Shown here one piece after another: positions 17,940 to 28,715 of a stretch of 64,000 nt of DNA. Position numbers and translations under genes: made by a program. The notes beneath the pieces are model-generated. The model worked only from the letters and a program-made list of their open reading frames with translations. It was not told the origin of the DNA and did no database searches. Within the stretch, counting starts at the first letter, position 1. The number at the start of each line of letters is the position of its first letter. The stretch is from Planctomycetota bacterium. GTDB lineage: Bacteria > Planctomycetota > GCA-002687715 > DRQF01. Location: contig JALTLO010000197.1 of the NCBI GenBank assembly GCA_027001995.1, positions 5,178-69,177 on the forward strand, given 5' to 3'.

Positions 17940-18773
17940 TTAGTTGGGCTGAGTGCTGGGGGTGGTCACATAGGGTGGTTGGTTTAGGCCAGCAGGGGAG
18001 GCGGTGAAAATCTCACAGCCGTCTTCAGTTACCGCCAGTGAGTGTTCGAATTGGGCACTCCACTTGTGGTCGATGGTGAGGGCGGTCCAGTTGTCGGCCA
18101 AAATGTTTGACTTCCAATGGCCAAGATTGATCATCGGTTCGACGGTGAAGAACATACCCTTCTTGAGGGTGATGCCTGTTCCCTCCCGCCCGTAGTGATT
18201 GATCTGAGGATCGGAGTGAAACTCCCGGCCTAGTCCGTGGCCACAAAATTCACGGACAACAGAATAGCCCTCTGATTCCGCGATGGTCTGGATGGCGAAG
18301 CCGATGTCTCCAGTCTTGGCCCCTGGCTTGATGCGATCGATCCCGGCCATGAGGCAGCGGTAGGTGCAGTCCACCAATTTGCGCGCTTCTTCGCTGACAT
18401 TTCCCACCAAGAACATACGGCTCGTATCGCCATGCCAGTTGTCCAAAATGGGGGTGACGTCGATATTGATGATGTCTCCATCCTGCAAAATTTGCTCTTC
18501 ATTGGGAATGCCGTGACAGATGACCTCGTTCACTGAAGTGCAAATGGACTTGGGGAAGCCGTGATATCCCAGTGGGGCTGAGGTCGCTCCAGCTTTTTGG
18601 GTGTAAGCTTCGCAGAGGTCGTTTAATTTCTGAGTCGACACCCCTGGAATGACATAAGGTGTGATGTAGTCAAGGATTTCAGCGGCCAAACGGCCTGCTG
18701 CCCGCATACCTTCGAATTCACGTTTGCTGTGAATAATGATCTGTTTGCGATTTGCGAACATCTTCGACCCCAT
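17940..18773 (-). CDS. map: Type I methionine aminopeptidase
   Basis: CTSVNEVICHGIP, DVT, GDTSR, GHGLG..FH, EPM and SAQFEHS motifs. Confidence 0.97.
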   Translation of the reverse strand: MGSKMFANRKQIIIHSKREFEGMRAAGRLAAEILDYITPYVIPGVSTQKLNDLCEAYTQKAGATSAPLGYHGFPKSICTSVNEVICHGIPNEEQILQDGDIINIDVTPILDNWHGDTSRMFLVGNVSEEARKLVDCTYRCLMAGIDRIKPGAKTGDIGFAIQTIAESEGYSVVREFCGHGLGREFHSDPQINHYGREGTGITLKKGMFFTVEPMINLGHWKSNILADNWTALTIDHKWSAQFEHSLAVTEDGCEIFTASPAGLNQPPYVTTPSTQPN

Positions 18774-18915
18774 TTTCGTCCGTGATCAAGCAAAAAAACT
18801 TGCAATCCGTTACAGGGTAGACACAAACCGCCTCAATGCAAGGTTTGATCTACTCAGGGGGCAAGGAGTATAGTGTTGCGGACATCAGAACGTCGTTTTT
18901 GAAGAAAGATCTAAG

Positions 18916-20265
18916 ATGAAACAGGTCCTCGTCATCGGAGCTGGACAAAGCTCTCCCTATCTTATCCACCAGTTGCTTCAATACGCTGAGGTCGAAGATT
19001 GGCATGTCACCGTCGCAGATCTTGATTGTGATTTGGCCCAAAGTCGAGTGGGGGATTCCAGTCGGGGGGATGCGATTCCTTTTGATGTCCATGACGCAGA
19101 GCTGCGGCGCAGCGAAATTCGCAAGTCTGACATCGTCGTTTCGATGTTGGCACCAGAATTTCATCGGATTGTCGCCCAGGACTGTGTTGAGCTTGGACGT
19201 AACTTGGTTACTGCTTCTTATCGAGACGCAGAGACCCGCGCTCTCGACCCTTCTGCTCGCCGAAAAGGTGTCATCATTCTTTCGGAAATGGGCATGGATC
19301 CGGGCCTCGATCACATGTCCGCCATGAGCATCATCAAGAAGGTCCGGGCATCAGGCGCTGTGATCCACGGGTTTCGCTCTTATGGCAGCGGACTACCTGC
19401 TCCTGACACCGCCGACTCGAATCCCCTTGGCTACGTCATAACCTGGAATCCACGGAATGTCGCCATTGCTGGGGCCTACGGCGCTCAATACATGGAGGAC
19501 GGGCAATTCAAAGTAATTCCCTATCACGAGATGTTTCATCACACATGGGATGCTCATGTTGAGGGAATTGGGCGTCTAGAAGCTTACCCGAACCGAGATT
19601 CTCTGGCCTACAAGAAGATCTTTGGCTTGGAAGACGTCGAAACCATGATCCGCGGAACGCTGCGCTATCCTGGATGGTGTGAGACATGGGACTACATTGT
19701 GAAACTGGGTCTCACCAATGACACCATCGAGATCCCTAACCTCGAGACGAAACGATATCGTGATGTCGTTGAAATGTTCTTGCCTCTCACCACGACAGGG
19801 TCGTCGGTGGAGCAGCGGGTTGCCGTTTGGTTGCAAATCAACCCGACGGGCAGCATTATGGAGAAGCTACGTTGGCTTGGATTGTTCTCAGAGGACTTGG
19901 TTGTCTCTCGAGGGAACACCGGCGCCCAGGTTCTCACTTCACTCTTGGTGAAGATGTTGCCTCTGCCAGAAACGGGCCGAGATATGGCAATTTTGCAACA
20001 CGAATTGGAGATTTCCTATCCGGAGCAACAAGGGCGCCGGGAACGTGTTGTTTCTTGTTTGATCGCCTTTGGCGAGCCCGGGGGATTCACAGCCATGTCC
20101 AAGACCGTTGGACTTCCTGCGGCCATCGGCGTGAAATTAATCTTACAGGGTAAGATACGCAAGAGTGGTTGCCACATTCCAACCTTGCCCTCGATCTATG
20201 AGCCGGCATTAGAAGAGCTGAAGAATCAAGGGCTGGAATTCGCCGAGCGATTTGAAGCGATGTAG
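18916..20265 (+). CDS. Saccharopine dehydrogenase family protein
   Basis: GAG Rossmann motif, VTASY, E.G.DPGLDHM, TWNPRN, YPNRDS, RGTLRY and TAMSKTVGLP. Confidence 0.9.
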   Translation: MKQVLVIGAGQSSPYLIHQLLQYAEVEDWHVTVADLDCDLAQSRVGDSSRGDAIPFDVHDAELRRSEIRKSDIVVSMLAPEFHRIVAQDCVELGRNLVTASYRDAETRALDPSARRKGVIILSEMGMDPGLDHMSAMSIIKKVRASGAVIHGFRSYGSGLPAPDTADSNPLGYVITWNPRNVAIAGAYGAQYMEDGQFKVIPYHEMFHHTWDAHVEGIGRLEAYPNRDSLAYKKIFGLEDVETMIRGTLRYPGWCETWDYIVKLGLTNDTIEIPNLETKRYRDVVEMFLPLTTTGSSVEQRVAVWLQINPTGSIMEKLRWLGLFSEDLVVSRGNTGAQVLTSLLVKMLPLPETGRDMAILQHELEISYPEQQGRRERVVSCLIAFGEPGGFTAMSKTVGLPAAIGVKLILQGKIRKSGCHIPTLPSIYEPALEELKNQGLEFAERFEAM

Positions 20266-20311
20266 TCAGGAAGACTCTGCGATTCTATCGAATTGAGTGC
20301 AGTAGACGAAA

Positions 20312-20341
20312 GAGAGCCGTTGGCAAAGGCCAACGGCTCTC
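20312..20341. terminator. Strong hairpin terminator between convergent genes
   Basis: 13-bp perfect stem GAGAGCCGTTGGC-AAAG-GCCAACGGCTCTC. Confidence 0.7.
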
Positions 20342-20404
20342 GATGTGCTCAGACCACTGATCTATGGGTCAGGGTCTCAAGGTCGTGCATGTTTCTGGTG
20401 GAGC

Positions 20405-22945
20405 CTATTCCCGAGCCCCAGGAACAATAGTCAGTTCCACTTCTTTCTCGGAGCGAACCACGATCATTTTGACAGGGACTCCCACCTTCAGTTTGGCGAA
20501 TGCTGCCATGAAGGTATGGATGTCACTGACTTCGTCGCCGGCGAGTTCCACGATGATGTCACCGGGTTCGACTCCAGCTTTGTCTGCTGGGCCGCCCTCA
20601 ACAGCACCTTGAAGTGGAACACCTGGAATATCAGCTTCAGCATAGTCTGGGATTGTGCCCAAGGTTACACCTGAGCTTCTGCGGGATTTCACTTCAACCT
20701 CTTCGCTCACTTGAATGAAATCAGGGTTGGTTTCTCGCAAGGAAAGTCCCCGGGCCAAAAGAGCTAGGAAGCGGCCAATCTCTGCCATGCCGTCGTAATT
20801 TATTTTGTCGACGGTGTCGGTGTATCGGTGGTAGTCCGTATGAGCACCCGTGAACAGGGCCAAAATTGGAACACCCCGTTGATAGAAGCTTGTGGTATCC
20901 GTTGGTAGCTTCACGTCATCGTTGAGGGCGATGTTGAGGCCCACGGGGGCGTTGCGTTTTTCGATCTCCCCTCGCCAAATTGAACTTGAACCCACACCTT
21001 GAATGGTGAGTTTCTTGTCCAAACGTCCGACCATATCCATGTTGACGTAGGCAGCGAACTTGCCGTTAAGACTTGCTGGACGGCCAGCCATTTCCCACAA
21101 GAGCATGGTGAAGTATTTTGACCCTTGCAGGCCCAATTCTTCTCCCGACCAACAGCAGAAGATGATGTCTCGACGGCTCTTGAGCTTACCTCGGCTCTTC
21201 ATGTCGCTGAGATACTCAGCAACCTCAAGAAGTGTCGCCACACCCGAGGCGTTGTCATCGGCTCCGTGGTGAATCTTGTTCTTGTGTTCCTTCTTGGAGC
21301 GAGAGAAGGAGCCCCCTTGGGTGCCCAAGTGGTCGATGTGTGCACCTAAGACGATAGCTGGAAGTTTGTCTTGAGCATCACTTCTGAGAACGGCGACAAC
21401 GTTGTGTCCCGTTCCTGTGATTTTCGGATCTGTATCTATTTTGAACTTGAACTCTTGAATGTTGCCTTCGGTCCGCAACACCAAAGCCATGGTGGCACCT
21501 TGGGCATCCAATTCAATGCCATTGTCGGCGCGGGCTTGTGACAAGGGAGAAAGGCCCATGTCTTGGAAGCGGCGGGCAGCATAAATTGCCGCCAGTTCTT
21601 CGCCCATAGAACCAGTGAAGCGACCTTTTGTGGCGTTGGAAGCCAGAGTCTCCAAATGCAGCTTGAGGTCATCCACGGAAATCTTGGGGTCAGTCTCAAT
21701 CCCCAACTTATTCATCACAAAGGCGATGCGCCGGTAGTCAGTCATGGCCACTTGGCTGGGTTGAGAGGTGGCCCGTGATGTTGTTGTTGGCTTAGAAGTG
21801 GGACGACTCTTGGCTGGCATACGTTGGGATTTGATAAGTGCCAGTGCCTTGGCGTGATCCCACTTACCGATGAAGATTTGCGATTTGGCGTTGGGCGTTC
21901 TTTGGGAGGTCCAGGCCAATGATTTTCCATCAGGATGGAACATCGGAAGGCCATCGAACTTGTCGGTGAAGGAAACACGGATGGGTTTCCCTTCGCCATT
22001 CTTGTCAACCAAGTAGAGCTCGAAGTTGCCGAAGCCGTGCTTATTGGTGGAAAAAATCAGATATTCGCCACTGGGGTGAAAGCTGGGTGCCCAGGACATG
22101 GCATTGATGTGAGTCAATTGCTTCTTGTCGCTGCCATCGACGTTCATGGTGAAAATCTCGGCGCGCATGCCGTCTTCTGAGAAACGACGCCAGCAAATAC
22201 GGCTGCCGTCTGGACTGAAGAAGGGGCCACCGTCGTAGCCGCGGGCTTTGGTGAGGCGCTTCACTTGGGAGCCATCAGCCTTCATGATGTAGATATCCAT
22301 GAAGAGAGAGCGATCTTTGTCAAATCGCTGCTGATCGGCTTTTGAAAGCTTTTCAGTGAATCCAGAGCGATTGGAAGCGAATGCTATCCATTTCCCATCA
22401 GGGGAGTAGCTGCCTTCCGCGTCGTAGCCCATTGTGTTGGTCAGATTTTTCCGCTCACCGGTTTTTGGATCATAAACGAACAATTCATAAGAATCGTCGT
22501 AGTCCCAGGCATAGCGGCGCTCTTGTCCAGAGGCACGAAAGTCAAGTTCGGCTTTCATCTTGACCAAGGCTTGGGGGTCTTCGTGAGTCGAGGCGAACAA
22601 GACGCGTTTGCCGTCTGGGTGAATCCACGAACAGGTCGTCTTGCCGATGCCAGGCGAGATTCTTTCTGTATCACCGGTTTCCAGGTCCATACGGTAGATT
22701 TGGTAGAAGGGGTTCTTGGCCGATCGTTCGCTCTGAAAAATCATGGACGACCCATCGACACTGAAATAGCCTTCTCCAGCTCGCAGGCCTTCAAACGTCA
22801 ATTGACGGGTTCCCGACAGGAAACGGGCTTCATTTTCCGGCGTTAGGGCTTCTTTTTCGCTTTGGGGCGAGAATTTTTTCGTCGTTTGGCAAATGGCCTG
22901 TGGCAAGATCGTTGCCAGGATCAGGCATAAAAGCAGGGCTCTCAT
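20405..22945 (-). CDS. Exported M28 peptidase with N-terminal PD40/TolB-like propeller and C-terminal PDZ
   Basis: Repeated SPDG..I.F.S, GAHIDHLG, GADDNASG, SGEELG, NMDMVGR and H.DYH motifs, then LGTIPDY PDZ. ATG at 22945 follows GGAG. Confidence 0.9.
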   Translation of the reverse strand: MRALLLCLILATILPQAICQTTKKFSPQSEKEALTPENEARFLSGTRQLTFEGLRAGEGYFSVDGSSMIFQSERSAKNPFYQIYRMDLETGDTERISPGIGKTTCSWIHPDGKRVLFASTHEDPQALVKMKAELDFRASGQERRYAWDYDDSYELFVYDPKTGERKNLTNTMGYDAEGSYSPDGKWIAFASNRSGFTEKLSKADQQRFDKDRSLFMDIYIMKADGSQVKRLTKARGYDGGPFFSPDGSRICWRRFSEDGMRAEIFTMNVDGSDKKQLTHINAMSWAPSFHPSGEYLIFSTNKHGFGNFELYLVDKNGEGKPIRVSFTDKFDGLPMFHPDGKSLAWTSQRTPNAKSQIFIGKWDHAKALALIKSQRMPAKSRPTSKPTTTSRATSQPSQVAMTDYRRIAFVMNKLGIETDPKISVDDLKLHLETLASNATKGRFTGSMGEELAAIYAARRFQDMGLSPLSQARADNGIELDAQGATMALVLRTEGNIQEFKFKIDTDPKITGTGHNVVAVLRSDAQDKLPAIVLGAHIDHLGTQGGSFSRSKKEHKNKIHHGADDNASGVATLLEVAEYLSDMKSRGKLKSRRDIIFCCWSGEELGLQGSKYFTMLLWEMAGRPASLNGKFAAYVNMDMVGRLDKKLTIQGVGSSSIWRGEIEKRNAPVGLNIALNDDVKLPTDTTSFYQRGVPILALFTGAHTDYHRYTDTVDKINYDGMAEIGRFLALLARGLSLRETNPDFIQVSEEVEVKSRRSSGVTLGTIPDYAEADIPGVPLQGAVEGGPADKAGVEPGDIIVELAGDEVSDIHTFMAAFAKLKVGVPVKMIVVRSEKEVELTIVPGARE

Positions 22946-23037
22946 CGAATTCTCCGGTGTTCCGTTGGAATCTCCTAAATGGATTCTAACGAGCCAAAGG
23001 CTCGAATACACCTCCTGAACAGGTAAGATCTTGCACT

Positions 23038-25851
23038 ATGAGCGAGTCATTCGAAGAAGAAGTCACCCGAATTGCCAAACGCCTTGAAACCATGCCTCAA
23101 GAGGCGATTGAGGCAGAATTGGACACGATTCACCTGGCAGACAGAGAGCTAGCTGCGGCTCTTCGGGTGCGATTGGATGCGACAACGATGGCAATGGGGG
23201 CATTTCGAGCAGAAAAAACCGCTCATGGCGGACATGCCCCCACCCATTCCGAGAAAATTCGGCGCCAGACTGATGTGCCTTTAGTGGGAATGGAGATTGG
23301 GGGCTGCAAACTCGAAGGATTGATCGCTGAGGGCGGTATGGGGGCCGTATTTGAGGCTACCCAGCAGCCCATGGGGCGAAAAGTGGCTGTTAAGTTGATG
23401 AAGAATGGTTTGGTTTCTCGGGAAGCCCGGCAACGATTCGACTATGAAGCTAAACTTGTGGCCAATTTGGCTCATCCAGGTGTGGCGCAAGTGTTTGGCT
23501 CCGGCGTCTGCGAGTCGGAGAGGGGTGGCGTTGCCGTTCCTTATATAATCATGGAGCTGGTGGCGGATGCCCGGAGCCTTCGGGAGTTTGTGCGGGAAGA
23601 GCACCTGGGAGTCAACGAAACCTGTGAACTGTTTGTCCAAGTTTGCGAAGCCGTGTTCTTTGCTCATCAACATGGAATCATCCACCGAGACCTGAAACCG
23701 GCGAATATTCTTGTGGGTGCAGATGGCCGACCGCGAGTGATCGATTTTGGCGTGGCCCATGTTGAAGACGATGCCAACTTAACCCGGTCTTTCGAAACGA
23801 ACCCGGGCTCTATTGTTGGGACTTTGCCTTACATGAGTCCGGAGCAAGTTGGAGGGGATGAAGTCGTTGATGTTCGCAGTGACGAATATACGTTGGGTGT
23901 TATTCTCTACGAACTTCTCTGTGGTTTCAGGCCATACAATTTTGACCAAAAGTCTTTACCCCAGGCCATCGAGGTGATTCGCGGGGTGGCACCACAGCGG
24001 CCGTCGAAATCTGTTCCCTCCCTGGCCGGAGACCTCGATACCATCATCCTGAAGTCCATGCGAAAAGATCGCAAGGATCGCTATCAAACGGTGGATGATT
24101 TCGCCGAAGATATTCGGCGATACTTAGGGGGCTTGCCCATAGAAGCACGCCCAACGACGATGGGCTACCAAGTCCGGTTGTTCACAAGGCGAAATCGTTT
24201 GCTCGTTACTTTGTCTCTCATCTTTGTCGTCGGCCTGATCGTCGCAACGGTTTTTTCGGTAAACCAAGCAATTTCGGCTCGGGAGTCAGAAAATAAGGCT
24301 GTAGCTGCGGCTCGCGAAGCGACTCAGAGTCGCGACATGGCCCGTGATTCCGAAAGCAAGGCCAAAGCCGCAGCACTTGAGGCAACGAGGAGCCGGGACC
24401 AAGCTCTTCGGCTTTTGGCCGAAACAAGGAGCTTAGCTGAGTGGTTGGTGATCGACCTTCTCAATGAAGTGGCGGCGCTACCGGGCAGTACGCCACTGGC
24501 AGAAAAACTCGCAATCAAAGTCGCTGATCATCTGGACACCATGGCTCCTGATGCGGCCTTGGACCCAGAGATGCAGCGAACGATCGCTTTGGCTTACATG
24601 GAAATCGGGTCGGTCATGGGAACGCCGACTCGCCCGAATCTGGGGAAGCGTAAAGAGGCCCTCGTTCACTTGGCAAAGGCGGAATCTCGTTTTCTCAAAC
24701 GCTGGGAGGAAGACCCATCTCCTCGACGAACCATCGATCTCTGTGTAGCCCAATCTCTGTCGGCGGAGATCTTGGATTCTATGGGGGATACGGATGAGGC
24801 CAGAAAGATCTATGAGGTTGGCATGGCTCGCTTACTGGCCATAGAACCCCAGGCAGATCTGAAGCTCAAGCGGGATTCTCTTTTGGCAAGTTTCAAACGA
24901 GACATGGCGATGGTATGGGCTAAGGAAGGGAAACCTCAGCAAGCCATCGACGCCCTTCGTGACGTTGTCAAGATGAGGTCAGCAGTCATAGCAGCAGGCA
25001 AGAACGATGGAAGCCAGAAACGTCAGCTCATCATGGACAAGAACACGTTGGCCCAGCTTCTTGGGCTCAACGGGCAAGCCCAGGAAGCTGAAGCTCTGCT
25101 GCGCGCCACCATGCCGGAAGTTTTGGCTTCTGAAAAGGAGGGGAACATCGCCGCGGAAGATGGGGCTGTGATTCGCTTTCAGCTCGCGGATGCGTTGAGC
25201 GTTCAGAAAGGAAAGGAAAAGGAAGCTTTAGATCTCTTCTTGGAGGTTCTCGCAATCCGCCAGGCATTGTCGGTGGGAGACGAAACGAACATCAGCCGGA
25301 TGGAGAGCTTGGCTACGGTGTTGGAACGCTGCAGTACAATGACCGCCATCGTCACGGGAGATAATAGCCGTGCATTCGAGTATGTTGATCGCACGGTCGC
25401 CATAACGCGGCACATGTTAGAAATCTCTCCGGATTCTTTAGATCATGTCAGTCGCTTGCGGATTTCTCTCGGACGCAAAGCGGGTTTGGCTAACATTCTG
25501 AAGCGCAAGGAAATTGCCTTGGCAGCCTCGGAAGAGAGCTTCGCCATGGCGAAGAAACTCTTCAACGAAATGCCTGACTCTCTGGCTAGCCAACGAGCCA
25601 TGGCCGAATCATGGACGCTGAAAGGGCACGTGTTCTTGAATAAACCGGGGCAGGCTGACTCCCTTGAGATGACAATTTCTTGTTATGAGCAGGCTCTTGT
25701 GGCCTTTCAGGAAGGCAATAAGTATCTATTGAAACTCAAAAACTTGGACCCGACGCCGTTTTGGGTGGCACGATCCTTCAAGGCACAGCAACTCTATATT
25801 TCTGCGACCAAAGATGGACTCGCCAATTTGAAGAAACTGATCAACAAATGA
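23038..25851 (+). CDS. Hanks-type Ser/Thr kinase with TM segment and TPR-like C-terminus
   Basis: GGMGAV, VAVK, HRDLKPAN, DFG and GTLPYMSPEQ motifs. Confidence 0.93.
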   Translation: MSESFEEEVTRIAKRLETMPQEAIEAELDTIHLADRELAAALRVRLDATTMAMGAFRAEKTAHGGHAPTHSEKIRRQTDVPLVGMEIGGCKLEGLIAEGGMGAVFEATQQPMGRKVAVKLMKNGLVSREARQRFDYEAKLVANLAHPGVAQVFGSGVCESERGGVAVPYIIMELVADARSLREFVREEHLGVNETCELFVQVCEAVFFAHQHGIIHRDLKPANILVGADGRPRVIDFGVAHVEDDANLTRSFETNPGSIVGTLPYMSPEQVGGDEVVDVRSDEYTLGVILYELLCGFRPYNFDQKSLPQAIEVIRGVAPQRPSKSVPSLAGDLDTIILKSMRKDRKDRYQTVDDFAEDIRRYLGGLPIEARPTTMGYQVRLFTRRNRLLVTLSLIFVVGLIVATVFSVNQAISARESENKAVAAAREATQSRDMARDSESKAKAAALEATRSRDQALRLLAETRSLAEWLVIDLLNEVAALPGSTPLAEKLAIKVADHLDTMAPDAALDPEMQRTIALAYMEIGSVMGTPTRPNLGKRKEALVHLAKAESRFLKRWEEDPSPRRTIDLCVAQSLSAEILDSMGDTDEARKIYEVGMARLLAIEPQADLKLKRDSLLASFKRDMAMVWAKEGKPQQAIDALRDVVKMRSAVIAAGKNDGSQKRQLIMDKNTLAQLLGLNGQAQEAEALLRATMPEVLASEKEGNIAAEDGAVIRFQLADALSVQKGKEKEALDLFLEVLAIRQALSVGDETNISRMESLATVLERCSTMTAIVTGDNSRAFEYVDRTVAITRHMLEISPDSLDHVSRLRISLGRKAGLANILKRKEIALAASEESFAMAKKLFNEMPDSLASQRAMAESWTLKGHVFLNKPGQADSLEMTISCYEQALVAFQEGNKYLLKLKNLDPTPFWVARSFKAQQLYISATKDGLANLKKLINK

Positions 25852-25912
25852 TCGAGGACCATTTCATTTCGATCTTGAAGGGTGTGAGGGTTGTACGCTA
25901 AACCCAGTCATC

Positions 25913-26845
25913 ATGAAGCGTTTCCAAACTATCACAACTGTCGTCAGCCTGCTGATTTTGGCAGCCATTGCCATCATCAAGGTTCAATCCGATCCCCTGA
26001 GCACCAACAACAAATTTGTTGCCGGTGACTATCGCATCTTGCCAACGAGTTCGGATCAGGTTGATCTACTGGGGTTGTTTTTGACTCCTGATGCGATTGT
26101 TGGCATCCCTGAACAAGCCATGGAGTATTCTCGCATCGCCATGGTGGACCCACGATATCAAAAGATTCCGACCTATGAGCGTTTTGTAACTGAGACGGCA
26201 TTGCAATGGGATCCCAACCTGGTTCTCATTAGCCCCTTCGTTGCTCCTGATACGCGATTTCAGTTGGAAAAGTATGGTATTTCTCTTTTGTCCTTAGGTA
26301 AACGAGCCAATTGGAAAGACCTCAAGAGCTCGATTCAGAAATTAGGAAAGGTCTTGGGGAAACGTGGTTTGGCGGATTCTCTGATTGCCAAACATGAGGC
26401 TCGTTTGGAGTCATTGGACGCCATCGTTGAAGCCCAGGCAAGACCAACGGACGAGAACCGTGTCCTTTCTTACGCTAACTACGGAACGGGAGGTTGGGGT
26501 GCTGGTGTCGGGCTGTCGATCGATAGTGTGATCAAGAGAGCTGGATTGAAGAATGCTGCACTTGAATTGAATCGCCCAGGAGCGTTCGCCATGAGTTTTG
26601 AAGATCTCATACAGCTCGATCCAGATTATATCATCGTGGTGGAAGGTAAGAATGGCAAGCCAAGTTCAACCGAGCAAACTCTCATAGACCATGAGCAAAC
26701 GGCGTCTCTACGCGCTGTCAAGAATGGACGCCTGCTTCGTTTGCCTGCGAGTCTTCTTTCGGCGAGTTCTCAAGAGATGATCACGGCAGCTGAAGAGTTG
26801 CATCGAATCTGGCGAGCTGCAGAAGCCAAACGAGCACAAAATTGA
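25913..26845 (+). CDS. ABC transporter substrate-binding protein (FecB/BtuF class)
   Basis: DP.LV and LDPDYII motifs, LRAVKNGR; first gene of an overlapping three-gene operon. Confidence 0.8.
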   Translation: MKRFQTITTVVSLLILAAIAIIKVQSDPLSTNNKFVAGDYRILPTSSDQVDLLGLFLTPDAIVGIPEQAMEYSRIAMVDPRYQKIPTYERFVTETALQWDPNLVLISPFVAPDTRFQLEKYGISLLSLGKRANWKDLKSSIQKLGKVLGKRGLADSLIAKHEARLESLDAIVEAQARPTDENRVLSYANYGTGGWGAGVGLSIDSVIKRAGLKNAALELNRPGAFAMSFEDLIQLDPDYIIVVEGKNGKPSSTEQTLIDHEQTASLRAVKNGRLLRLPASLLSASSQEMITAAEELHRIWRAAEAKRAQN

Positions 26846-27918
26846 AGCGCCTTTCTCCTCCCTCGAACCCCATGGCTTTCTTGCCATTCTTTGGGGTCGC
26901 ATTTGCTGGGCTTGTGGTGGCGTCTATGGCATGGGGGCGGACAGTGAACTATGAGCTTGGCACCGTTCTCTCTGGCATAATGACGACCTTCGGATTTGAA
27001 CAAGACTTAGCTCGCAAGACTCAGTTTGTCCTCGAACTCCGTTTGTGGCGGGCTCTCACTACAGCGGGGGTGGGGGCGGCTCTGGCCTATTCTGGTGCTC
27101 TCTTGCAAGGTGTTTTTCGCAATGGACTGGCAGCTCCCTCTGTGATCGGCGTTACGGCTGGGGCGAGCCTTGGGGCTGCCTTGACGATCATGGCATTGGG
27201 GGGCTTTCTGCCTTCGATGGCTTTCGCTTCCGGGTTTGAGTTTTCGACCTTCGGAATCCTCATGGCGTCTTTCTTGGGCTCGTTCTTGAGTGTTTTGGCT
27301 GTGGTTTTGTTGGCAAGCGAAAGGGGGCGGGTGTCGATTTCATCCCTTCTCCTCACAGGCATCGCGGTCAATGCTTGTATTGCTGGATTGTTGTCTGCTG
27401 CCCAGGCGTATGCTTTGAAGGACTACGAAGTATCTAAAGCTATCTTCGCTTGGACCTTTGGCAACCTTGACGACAAGACAAGCATGCATGGGATCTTGAT
27501 TTGGTTGGCTGTTGGTTGCGGGGTGATTGCGATTCCACGCTTAGCGATCGAGTTGGATCTCTTTGCTGGTGGTGAAGATGACGCCCGATCTTTAGGGGTG
27601 CCTACCGGGAAGACGAAAATGTTGGCCATCTCCGTCGCTGCTCTTATGGCCGCGACTGCCGTTGCCGTAGCCGGGCAGATCGCCTTTGTTGGCTTGGTGG
27701 TTCCGCACCTAGTGCGTTCTGTTTTTGGAGCAAGCCATCGCCAACTCTTGCCTCTTTCTATTATGGGAGGGGCCTTGTTTTTGACTGGCGCCGAGTGCCT
27801 ACAGATTGCGATTCTTAAGGACTCAGCTCTCCGACCAGGAGTTTTGATGTCACTTGTTGGGGGGCCATTCTTTCTCTTGCTGCTCAGCAGGCGGAAGGGA
27901 GCTATTCAGTCATGGTAG
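26842..27918 (+). CDS. FecCD/BtuC-family permease
   Basis: LQGVFRNGLA.PSVIGV.AGA, A.SLGV, G.IAFVGL.VPH and G.P.FL motifs. Confidence 0.92.
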   Translation: MKRLSPPSNPMAFLPFFGVAFAGLVVASMAWGRTVNYELGTVLSGIMTTFGFEQDLARKTQFVLELRLWRALTTAGVGAALAYSGALLQGVFRNGLAAPSVIGVTAGASLGAALTIMALGGFLPSMAFASGFEFSTFGILMASFLGSFLSVLAVVLLASERGRVSISSLLLTGIAVNACIAGLLSAAQAYALKDYEVSKAIFAWTFGNLDDKTSMHGILIWLAVGCGVIAIPRLAIELDLFAGGEDDARSLGVPTGKTKMLAISVAALMAATAVAVAGQIAFVGLVVPHLVRSVFGASHRQLLPLSIMGGALFLTGAECLQIAILKDSALRPGVLMSLVGGPFFLLLLSRRKGAIQSW

Positions 27919-28715
27919 TGCGTATTCAGGCAACTCATTCTTCCTTCGGATACGGGGAAGGACCCATCGTCCGAGGTGTTTCCTTGGAGGTTCGAGAGGC
28001 AGAGCTCCTGACCATCGTTGGACCAAACGGAGCTGGCAAAAGTACCCTCATCAAGGGGCTTGCTGGTTTGATTTCTCCCAGCGAAGGGAGGGTTGAGGCC
28101 GCAGGAGAATCTCTTTGTGCCATGGACTTAGGAAAGCGAGCCAAAATGGTTGCTGTTCTCCCTCAGTCTTTGCGACACCTCCAGGGGATTACCGTTGCTG
28201 AGTTTGTGGCGCAAGGTCGATATGTTCATCGACCTTCCTGGCAGCATATGGGAGCAATGGACGAGGAGGTCATTGGACGATCACTTCAGCGATGTGAACT
28301 TGGAGGGCTAAAGGACCGTCCGATGAATCAACTTTCAGGTGGTGAACGTCAACGAGCAGTTTTTGCCAGGGCATTGGCCCAGGAGTCGGATATTCTTTTG
28401 GTAGATGAACCCACTGCCGCTTTGGATGGTCGCCATCAGCTTTGGATTTTCGAACAGTTAGCGTCTTTGGCCGCCAGTTCTACTGCTGTTGTGGCTGTGA
28501 CCCATGATCTTAACTTAGCAAGCCAATTCTCCCATCGGGTGGTCTTGATGGAAGATGGTGCTGTCTCGAAGCAAGGCGACCCGAAAGACGTGCTCACACC
28601 TGGCTATCTCAAAGGGCTTCTGGGTGAGAATTTCTTGACAGGCCAAGAGACGTCTTCCATCTGCCAAGAAGAGAGACCCTGGTTTATCCCTTGGCTTCCT
28701 CCACCTTCTTCATGA
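27912..28715 (+). CDS. ABC transporter ATP-binding protein (FecE/BtuD class)
   Basis: GPNGAGKS, LSGGERQR, DEPT and HDLNLA motifs. Confidence 0.93.
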   Translation: MVVRIQATHSSFGYGEGPIVRGVSLEVREAELLTIVGPNGAGKSTLIKGLAGLISPSEGRVEAAGESLCAMDLGKRAKMVAVLPQSLRHLQGITVAEFVAQGRYVHRPSWQHMGAMDEEVIGRSLQRCELGGLKDRPMNQLSGGERQRAVFARALAQESDILLVDEPTAALDGRHQLWIFEQLASLAASSTAVVAVTHDLNLASQFSHRVVLMEDGAVSKQGDPKDVLTPGYLKGLLGENFLTGQETSSICQEERPWFIPWLPPPSS

